Below, one piece after another: positions 25,601 through 37,000 of a DNA stretch of 64,000 nt. Position 1 is the first letter of the stretch. Each line of letters begins with the position of its first letter. The notes beneath the pieces were generated by a model, which made no database searches, was not told the DNA's origin, and worked only from the letters and a program-made list of their open reading frames with translations. The position numbers and the translations under genes were made by a program. The DNA is from Lytechinus pictus (lineage: Eukaryota). Location: assembly GCF_037042905.1 (NCBI RefSeq), contig NC_087245.1, positions 3,102,001 through 3,166,000 of the forward strand, read 5' to 3'.

Positions 25601-28600
25601 GCTTTATTGAATTTTAAAGATTTGCATTATTCTTGAGAAACAGTTCTAGGCATGTCTTTATGAATATCATTGGGTGGGCTGATGATGTCATACATGTATC
25701 CCCACTTGTTTTTTGTATTTTAATATATGAAATTAGTTTCATTAAAAAAATTTCTACCAAGAACTAAAACAATTGGATTGACAACTGATTAAGAGCATTA
25801 GTTATTTATTGCCGCAACTTATTTCATCATAATGGAGACACATCATTTACACATGTATGAAATAATGAAACATTTATGATTTCATGTAATAACATAAGAA
25901 AAAGGAAAGTGGGGATATGACAACTGATTAAGAGCATTAGTTATTTATTGCCGCAATTTATTTCATCATAATGGAGACACATCATTTACACATGTATGAA
26001 ATAATGAAACATTTATGATTTCATGTAATAACATAAGAAAAAGGAAAGTTGGGATATGACATCATCAGCCCACCTAATGAATATTCATGATGATGTGCAT
26101 ATAACTGTTTTCACAAAATATTTATAAACTTCAGAATTCAATAACTTTGTTATTTGTTGTCCGATTTTGATGAAATTTTCAGCATTTTGCTCTGTTAATT
26201 TCAATGTACTCTATTTATTTAGATATAAATATTTTCAGCTCGGACCATCCCTTTAACAACAAAATTAGCTCATAGCAAACCGATATCACATTGAGCTAAG
26301 TGCAATACAAGTTCATGATTGTGCTCTTGCATTCAAACCAAGTTGGTTGTTTGCACATTCTCAAAATTTCTTGTAGGCAAGAAACAGGATATGGGAAATA
26401 TGCATGTGACTCTGTCTGAGAATGATAGAGTCAAACTGAGTCAATGTGATCTACAAATCAACCTGCTCAGGTGCCTTCTACAAATACTTATCAAACTGTT
26501 CCATACATAAGTATGGAGGGACTTGAAATAGATGCGCCATCATCTTGATTTCTTTAATTTTGATGAAAAGTATTTCATGAAACTTCAGTCTGGGGCCATT
26601 TTATTTTAGCACACAATTGAGATTGATTGGTATTTCCAGGTTCAAGTGTTTAGTGACTAATACACATTGGCCATTGAATCCTTTAGTTTGTATAGCCTTC
26701 ATAAAGAGATCAATAGGTTCCTGTAGTGTAGTCACTTTTACCCCTGATCTATAAAAGTTACTTTACATGGATATGGCAGCTCTGATATTAGGGGTAAATA
26801 CCATGGCAACATTACTCAGTAAAAAAAAAGTTTCACTTAGAATTGCCATCAATGCTAAAGGTTTTTTATGTAACAGGGCTCATATTGAATTGTTCAAATG
26901 TATGTGGCTTTATTTTGTTCCCCTAATATGATATAGCAAGTCCAAAATGAAAAATGAACAAAATAAACAAAAAAAGTATTATGAAGCACTTTTAGATTGA
27001 ATTACAAGGAATTCAACAAATTTTGTTATTTATTTATGGACTACTTGAAATCAAATGTATTGAAATGTATCAAATTTAGTATCGAGTAAAATTTGTCAGC
27101 TTCATTAAACAATCTTCTTTTTTTTTGCTGTATATGAAATCACCTTGACATATCATCATGAAAGGATAACAAATGGAACAGCTTAAATCTAAAATACTAT
27201 CATTCTAAAAGTGCAGAGTATGTACAGACACTTGTGTGTGTCTTTAGAGAGCCCTGTGGCCATCTCTCTTCCTAATTATAGAACTTGTCTCAAAACATGT
27301 TTACAAGTGAAGCCTGTTAGCCTTGTAGGGATTAACATATCATCCGTGTTGTGAAATGAAAGTCAAAAGAGCTTGACTTTGAACATGATATACATGCACA
27401 CTTTATAATTGAGGGAAATTGTTGTAATTTATCAATATAAACCATGATATGATGGGATTTGTGAAGATAGCGAGTGAAACTTCTGAAAGGGATGATAAAG
27501 AGAGTGATATCTTTATAAAAGATTGCAACAATCATGATTTGGAGGTACATGTATTGGCTAAAAAGTGTGTTTATATTCTACCACCTGCTAATGTAACTTT
27601 TTAGCTATTATGTGTGATGGAAAGATGGCATTCAGCCAATTGAATTTTCATTAATTGTGCTTCTGATGCATAATGCATTCTCCAATGCCAATGTAACCAT
27701 CTGTGCACTGTATGTATATTTGATTTCTGTCATTATTCTGTTACTACATGTATGTCATTATTCTCTTATATGCACTGTGGACATCTGTATGGATGGATAC
27801 ATTTTTTTGCTTTATCAATGTTCTTTTTATTCAATATTATTTTTGGTTATGTCAGATTCGATTCACTCTAATACTGTACTGCATTGGTCAAGTTATCATC
27901 AATGAAATCAGTTTGCCAATCGCCCAACTCTCTACTCTCCCTGTTAAGTGTCATGTACTTTAGCCTAACCAAAGAGTTTATTTTGGCTTCCCAATCAGAG
28001 TCATCATTGGCGAAATGGCAGCTTGTACTCAACTGGAAGAAAAAAAAAACCTTTTGATTTGAATTTAGGGTTTTTCATTGATACTTTTTCTTTTACATCA
28101 AATTAAATAATCAAAGTAAGTTTCACAATGGCAGCTTGTAGTCCACTGCAAAGAAGAAATCAATACACCTGTCTAATTTAGGTTTTGTCATTATTGTATT
28201 TTGAGTTGCATCCTAAACTATGTTACTTTTATACCTTTCTTTTCCCCTTCAATTTTCAGTTGTATTCTCAGGGTTATAGACTCATTTGGAACAGAACCAG
28301 CCTACAATGTGGATACTTATATAAAAAAGGCTGGTACAAAGTCTAGCTGGGGCAATTGGAATCTAGTACCAAGGCAGTTTTTCACCATGTTTCGTAAGTT
28401 ATTTACTCTATCTGTGAGAACATTAATTATTTTGCTGCATGGGAAGAGGATTTATGAGACAAAGAAATAGATGATCGAATGAGATGTAAAAGTGAGTAAT
28501 AAAAGGAAGCTATGATTCTAGAATCAAGGGGCATACAGATGAGGAAATATTGTAACTTTACTGTGAAATAAGAATGAACTAAACTTGTATGATACATAGA

Positions 28601-31600
28601 GTTATTGCTGGATTAGCACTTTTTTTTCCTGATTGGAGTATATACTGTTGAGGTTTACAGTTTACAACTGGTTGTATGTGGTAGATACAAAATAAATTGT
28701 TCCACTTAACACTGGTCATCATTTTGAAGAAAAAAAAAGAAATAATGGAGGAAAACTTGTTCTATTGCTTCATTGCCAGCATACACTGTCTTCTGGGCTT
28801 TAAAAGGATAGCTACACCCTGTGGCCCATGAAACACAAAAACCTTCATGTAATTTATTTTGTGTGGCCTGATATTAAAGTTTGGTGGCCTGAAAATGAAA
28901 ATAAAAACATTAAATATTAATAAAACAAACTTCTGAAATATTAATGATGCAGCCACTACCAATAAATTACTTTCACTTTGAATGTCTTGTATGTAAACCT
29001 TGTTTGCTATATACCGGCACTTTGCAAATTGATTTGTGGTAAATATAAATTGTTCTATCATTGTAAATATGAAATGATTTTTCAAAAGAGAATAAATTAA
29101 TTGTATTGTTCTCAGGTTGTGTGGACTTTTTTCTTTGATCTACATATAAACACACACAATGGTAAAGTAAATAGATTATGCATAACAAACTCAAATAGAT
29201 CTAGATCTACATCAAAACAAAGATTTTTCCTTTCTTACTCTTTCAATCCTAAAACCTAGAGTATACAGGCCCCAAATCCAGTTTATTTTTGTTTGCATAT
29301 TAGGAGGAAAAGAAAGATAATTTTCAAAAAGTATATTACAAAAAGAAAACAAAAATAATACAAGAAAGAAGTGAAATAAAACAAAAAATAAAATAAAACA
29401 TAAGAAAGAAGAAATGAAGAAAGAAAAAGCAAAGAAGAGGGAAAAGAAATAAAAAGAAAAAAAAATTAAAGAAAAAAATTAAAGAAAAGAATCAACAGAA
29501 CATGAAAGAAAAATGATAAAAACAAAATTAAAATACAGATGGGGACAAGGGGAAAAGGGGGAAAATTAAGAAGCCATTACATATATTTTTGACAGCTGTG
29601 GCAACAGTCTATTCTGTCTGGAATATAATTAAAAGCCAAGCAAATAATTTTCTCTTACCTTTTGGGAATGGGGCATTTCTGTATTATTTTATTTTGCAGT
29701 AGCAACATATTATTTAATCAGGCAAATTTAATGGGAAGGGGTATAGTTTTCAAAGAATGAAAGAAAAAAAAAATTATATCGAGAAAAAAAAAGTGTGAGA
29801 AAAGTCCTTCCCTATACTTGCCAAAATTTATGAAAAGTTCATATTTCATATTGATGAAATGCCTTCCCAAAGTTTTTACTTTCTTAAGAGTGGTTTAAGA
29901 AGTCATTTATTAACAATAAGGAAAGAAATTGTCTGTTTATTTTTGGCTAGAAAAGACACAGCTTCGAAAGAAACCACGTATCAACACACATACAAATGCA
30001 CACGTGGGACTGTGATGTACTCGCCTATGTGTTTTCATGTGTATTAATTCATATAGAATCGATCTTTTTGAGTCAAAGGAAAGGTCATAATTCCTGTTAA
30101 ATGCGTGCAAATAATCAGGGTACACCAGATTTTAGCAATATGGACTGTAGAAGGGCATTTCATTGGTGTAAAATGTGAATTTTTACTTAGATTTTCAAAG
30201 TTCTGGGGAAGATTTATTAGCAGCTACATTTCTTATCGCAGCTCCCTGAGTCTGTAAAGACTTCTAGTGCATAGCTGCAATGACATGGCTTCGGGCACAG
30301 CTCATGCCAGCCGGCTGGCAGGATAATAACTTCTGTATGCGGTACGTACTGTCATGACTATGCAAATTTTATGTGTGTAGATCAAAGAACAAGACGAATG
30401 ACAAACTGGCTTGCAATTTGAACTGTAGAAAGTTGATAAATGCGTGCAAAATCAGAGAAAAATCGCGCTACTTTGAAAATTATTGGTTGCCCGATTCGGG
30501 CCACCAAAACTTGGCATTTTTCATTTAATGGTTGCCCGAGGTGAATTTCTGGTGGTCAATGTTGAGCCTTTGCTTATTGGTTTAATTGATGGTAATACTT
30601 TTCTTTCAGCTCATACACCAGATAATTCATTCATGGGTTTTGTAGTGGATCATCAGGTAGACATAGCTAAAACAGAGTCTTCCTCTCAGAGAACAAACCG
30701 TGCCCTTGTCTATGGAAAAAGTGCTTCATTTTGGACTGTGAGTAGAAACATTTACGATGCATTGATTTGATTTATGTACCAAAACTACACAGGTCGTATT
30801 ATATTCATTTTACTTCTTACGGGCAGCCTAAACGGCACATATTTCTTCAATTATTAAAAAATATTTATGTATTTATTTATTTGTTTTTATTTCATATCAA
30901 TTTTATCTCATTTATTTGTTTATTCATTTCCATTTTTATTTTATTTAATTATTTGTTTTTATGTTTCTATTTATGTAGTTTTTATTTTATTTATTTATTA
31001 TTTATTTATGTATTTTATTTATTTTATTTATTTTATTTATTTTATTTATTTTATTTATTTTATGTATTTTATTTATTTTATTTATTTTATTTATTTTATT
31101 TATTTTATTTATTTTATTTGTTTCATTTATTTTATTTATTTTATTTACATGTATTTATTTTATTTATTTATTTTATTTATTTATAGATATTTTTTTCGAG
31201 GGGGGTGGGAGAGTTAACTTGTTTTTCTGATGGATTATCAGATATTATTTCTAGCGAATATTTTACCAGCTTCCCTTCAATATCAAACAAATGCCTTTGC
31301 TCTTCTTTTTGTTAAGTTCTGTATTCATTCATTTTGATGTGTTCTCTTTCTTACCTGTCTTGTAGGAGCCTTGGATTAGGAAATACTTGGACAAGATTCA
31401 CAAGAAATTTGAGATTCATGGCACAGTATTCCTGAACCAAAGCACATCAACAATGAAGAGTGTTATACCTGACTATGTGGTAAACCATGGCATTGTATCT
31501 GGTTCAGAGATACAGAATTTATTAAAAGAAACAAAGGTTTGTATAGAAGTCAAATAGCTCTCCCTCTTTCATCTTTTCTGTCTCCTTTCTGAAGTTATGA

Positions 31601-34041
31601 AAACTTATTCTGCACTTATTCATCTCTACCTCTTAGAACATATCCTTTATTTACTTTAAAATTAATCTAAAATTGTATGTTAATGCCTATTCAAGAATAA
31701 AGTTTCTTCCCTTGTTCTGTAGGATTGTTAGTGCTCCTTTTAATTACTTTTTGAAAAATGTATGTTACAGACATTACTATGTTTACATTTCAGTAATTGC
31801 ACTTTGATACATTTTCTAACTCATTAATTTCTGAGACCTGCCAACCAGTAAGATTTTTTTTTTGTATTCCAGTTTTTATGTGCAAGCAAAAAAAGTAAAA
31901 TTTTGTAGGGAACAAAATCATTTTTTTTAGATAAATTATATGTATTTTTTATTTATAATTTCAATATTTATGTGAGACCAGTAATAAAAATATTAAGGGA
32001 GACCCGACATAAAGCATAGGAACTGCAAGACTTGGACAAAATAATTTTTTGGGGCCTTTTTGTAGTGGAAAAAGAGAACACATGTTTCTCTCTTTTACTT
32101 CAATTTTTTTACCTGCTATCCCCCCCCCCCAAAAAAAAAAGGATCAATTTAAGATAAAAAAAATGTTTTGAAAAGAAATGCATGAGAACGGTTGAATTTG
32201 TCAATTTTTGTTTAAATTGAAAATAGGGTCGATTGAATAAAAAAGAATTTTGATGGGAAAATACACATTTTTATTGACTCATGGTTGGTAGCTCTGCTGA
32301 CTTTGTAAATAAGCATTCATAAAGCTTATATTTCTAAAGAAAGTTAAAGCTAGAAATTAAAACTAACTCAATCCCTTTTGTTTGTCCTTTGCTTTACAGT
32401 TATTTATTGGTCTTGGCTTTCCTTATGAGGGTCCTGCTCCACTTGAAGCTGTAGCTAATGGCTGTGTCTTTCTCAACCCCAAATTCACTCCTCCTAAAAA
32501 TTCTAAAAATACTAAATTTTTCACAGGAAAGCCAACAGCTAGAGCGGTAAGTATAAATGTTTTGATCTGTTACATCACCTTAAATACATGTACATGCGTA
32601 ACATTTTAAGGATATGTTTTGTTTTTTATATCTTGCATTCTACATGAAATATGACATGAATAGCAGGCCTCTACAAAAAAAATTTGCTTGCCCGATAGAA
32701 AAAACTGCTTGCCCTATTTTTATTTTAAAAGTATATTTTCAGCAATGTAGGCCTGAGTCATTACGTTTATTTAGATTTTTTCGCTATTTATAAATGGGGC
32801 TTATTTGAAGGTTAAAAAAAACTTCACCAAAAGTTGCTGAAATTTCATATTTTGCATCTTTAAATCCATGAAATGGTTATCTGTTTGCCATATTTCCTTA
32901 GAATTGTTTTGATTTAGTTGGAAACTATAAAGAAAGCCAGTGAAAAATATTCAGCTCTTTATTGACTCTGAAAAAGATCGTTTTATGATGTAAAAAAAAA
33001 TCAAAAGTGGAGTGGCTAAAATTTCACATTTTGCATCTTTAAATCCATGAAATTGTCATTTATTTTCCATATTTCCTGGAATTTTTTAAAAATTAGTTAG
33101 AAACTATCAAGAAAATTAAGAATATTCACCTCTCTCTTGTCTTTTCTTCATCATTTTATGATGTTACACTCGGTCAATATTTTTTTATTGTAGTCCGGCA
33201 TGTAGACTTTCATGGGGTTTTTTCATGGTGTTGCAGCTTTGATCGTTGATCGTATCGATTGATCGTATCGTTTGATTGTTTTACACTTGGTCAACATGGA
33301 AGTCTACATGTGGGACCACAATAATAAAAAGCATTTACCAAGTACATCATCATAAATCAGAGTAAAGAAAGAGCTGAATATTCTTCATTTTTTCAGTAGT
33401 TTCCAACTATCAAAACATTTTAAGGTAATATGGAAAATACATGTCCATTTCATGGATTTTTGCAAAATGTGAAATTTTAGCCACTTTTGGTGGTTTTTTT
33501 TTGCAAATTGCTCAAGTAGCGCGTGCGCAGTCATTGCACACAAAGAACGTAAGATGCGTTGGCACGGTTTTTCGAACGAGGTACCTGGCGATAAATTATT
33601 GGTAATTGGCGCTGTTTTTATATCAGTTTCCACTTTTTTTTTTACTGGTTTGACATAATCTGAGAGATAGTTGTGATTATCCAAAGGATATTGAAATTTA
33701 GAGGGTCTACTGATATTTTATTTCCAAAACAACCACTTGCCCGATCGGGCAATTGACTTTGAGAAATGCTTGCCTGCACGTCATTTCAACTTGCCCCGGG
33801 CAAGCGGTTTTGTGGCACCCTGTGAATAGATTTATATCTACTGAAAAGCTCTGAAACCAACAATTGTTATGAATGAAACAGGGTACAGAGATATAAATAC
33901 ATTTTAGCTACTCATATTTTTCACTACATAAAGATACATTTACTTTACTTCCCTTAGATATTGCAATTTGAGACATTTGAGAAAGAAAGAAAGAATTGAA
34001 AGAAAGACAAAGAAAGAAAGAAAGAGAAAGAAAGAAAGAAA

Positions 34042-34081
<40 letters not shown>

Positions 34082-37000
34082 GAAAGAAAGAAAGAATTGA
34101 AAGAAAGACAAAGAAAGAAAGAAAGAGAAAGAGAAAGAAAGAAATAGAAAGAAAGAAAGAGAAAGAAGGGAATGGAAAGTAATGGTTTTAAAAGAACCAA
34201 TCATTGTTACTCTGGGCTCACCGAACATTGTAGTGTCGGTGTTTACATTCAACACTTAGCATGAAGGAGTGCATTTTGTGGTGGGTTCACTAACTTTTTA
34301 GCACAACTGTGTAATATATATAATTTAGATTGTTCAAATTTTACCAGAAATATTGACAGACTTTGCATTCACATGAGTACGATAACTTCAAATATTTACT
34401 TAATTTATTTTCTTCTCTCTCTGTAATGAATTGTAGTTGATCATTTCAGCACTTGCCTGGTTATGCTAAGTACATAGGTTGATCTCAAGTGAAGGGTGTT
34501 GATATTTATCTTGTCATTAATGACTTATGTTGGGATTTTAAAGTAGTACTGATAGGAAAAAATATGTAAGCATACTGATTTTAGAGCTCATGGTCTTATT
34601 GTATAAAACCTACCCTCATAGAAACATTGCTGAACACCTTATTGCAATGCTGAACAACTTATTTTAATAAAGCTTCAATGATAAAGTTTCTTTAAATTAT
34701 AATTTCAATGATCAACCTAGATCTCAATTCACATGCATGTAAGGAGAAAGGCAATTTCATGAAATATTAAGGCTGACCCTCTGTATATTGGTCCTTCATA
34801 AAATGGTTTGACTCTGTTTTATACTTCATAATCGACAGTTGTAATTCTCGAATGTTATCTTGGTTGAAGTAGTTTGCGAAATGAAGTTAAAATAGAAGAA
34901 TATTGGGGTTGGTTCTAGAAAAGGTTAATAATTCTATAGGACTACACAGCATTAATTCCTTTTTTTTTCCGTTGCAGCTTACATCTCAGCACCCTTACAC
35001 TGAAGTGTACATTGGACAGCCTCATGTATGGACAGTAGATGTATTGGGTAATGAGTTTGATGTAGCACTGGAGAAGATAGCAGCCATGAAGAACACTACA
35101 TCATATTTACCCTTTGAATTCACATGTCATGGAATGTTAGAGAGAGTCAGTAGTTATATTCAAAAGCAGGTGGGTGCATTACAAATAATGCACGGGTGTG
35201 AGTGTGATAATAGTGACACAACACATTTGATGATACATGTACTTACAAAGGTGCACATCATTAAAAATGCCAAAGATGTGTGCATAGCCACTAAACATCA
35301 CAATTTTATACTAAAAATGGATTGACAATATGGAGAATGAATGGCGTTTATAAGCAAGGCCATTAATTTTCTTTGTTACAAAACTGCTATGCTGCATAGC
35401 AAAAATGTTAATTGCATGCCATATCTGAGTGTGCATAAAATCCTTTTCACCTATATCCTGGCTTATGAAACTATAATAACATACGTAATTTAAAATGTTA
35501 ACAAATTTACAGTACAGAACGTACATGTATGTCTTGTTACTTAAGAACCCCCAAATAGAGAAAGCTGTAAACTCCCTTTTAAACCTGCACATGTGTTAAA
35601 CTGAGAATGGGTTAAATTCTAAAGCAATTTGGCTATAGTTCAAGGGGGGAAATGCAGGAGTATAAAGGTAGAAACACAAGATAAACCAAATTACTGTATG
35701 GGTTATTATTACTACTGATATTATTGAATACATACTTGACTGTGTTATGTTTGATTACCTTTTCTAGGAGTTTTGTACTGGAGAGAAGCAGTGGCCACCA
35801 TTATCATCTTTACAAGTCAAGGTTTCTGAGAAAGGACAGTCATGTAGGGAAAGATGCATGGAAGATGGTGAGTTCATATATATTTATATATATCTTTCTA
35901 CATTTGTATAGTGGCCACCGAAGGGAAACAACAAATTGGCCACTGCAGACAGGTGGCGCTATAGACAGGTTGGTGGCCATCTTGAATTTGCAATTTATTG
36001 TAGATATTATACAAATATATCAGGCTTTGAGAAAGTATGCTTTGAGAAAGTATAGTGGGAATTATTTATCCGAGGTTGGACTGGCAATCACCATTTTCTC
36101 CGAGGGGCGAAGCCTTGAGGAAAAATAGTTATTGCCAGTCCAAACGAGGATTAATAATTCCCTCTATGCTTTTGAAAGAAACGCCTGATATATTTGTTTT
36201 ATATCCCTCTTTGACTTGTATACCTCGTCCTTGCTGATGTGTAAACAATCTAGACCAATTCTATCGTTGCCAAACCTAGTCCTACAATGTAGGCCTGACG
36301 AGCTAGTAATGCTAACCAGTTCCTAGGTAGGCTGTGCGCTGCTTCTACCTGACTGCAATTAATGAGAGGTCCACTGCGCTGCGCCGCTGCAGTTGCACTA
36401 AAATTGTTAACGCGCAGGCTAATTATCGAATCCTGACTCACCTTGTTAGGTATTATTTGAATAATCCTGTATGAAAGGCTGTCAAGGAATTAAATTTTCT
36501 GCATGCTGATCTAGACCCGATTCCACACTGTTTTTTCATATTGTCGGTAAGTAATTTGTGCAAAAGCTCATATTTTATTTTATTTATTTATTTTTGTGGA
36601 TATCGGGTCAGGGAGCATGCGCAGTTCAATGTTGAGGGAACATATCGAGCACAAGCATGCGCAGTTCTCCCCATGAAAGTATATCTAAAAATATTCGGAG
36701 CTTGAAGAAAACTATATGGAGCTACTTGCAGCGATTTGCTTTCCTATTGAAATTATACTTATGTCACATGATCGCGAATTGACCAATCGTTTATCTAGAA
36801 TACGCATAAATATTCATAAGAGGGATATAATGTGCAATATACTGGACATACAGTACATGTATGTGTCTCTAATGAGTTAATTTTTTTAAATTTGAAATTG
36901 CATACATTTACCTGGATCTATTCCGATCCACCAAATACTTATGTAGATTGTATAATCATTATTTTAAGAGTATGATTTATGTTCAGATGCAGCTGCAAGC

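Noticed and set aside
28780..30570. Possible large hAT-like element (gtggcc/gttgcccg subterminal repeats, right end aatgttgagcct)
   Set aside because: Left terminus and TSD could not be defined with confidence.
30767..31217. Hydrophobic F/Y/L/I ORFs resembling membrane proteins
   Set aside because: Translation of an AT-rich simple repeat. The same applies to 33908-34255, from (GAAA)n.
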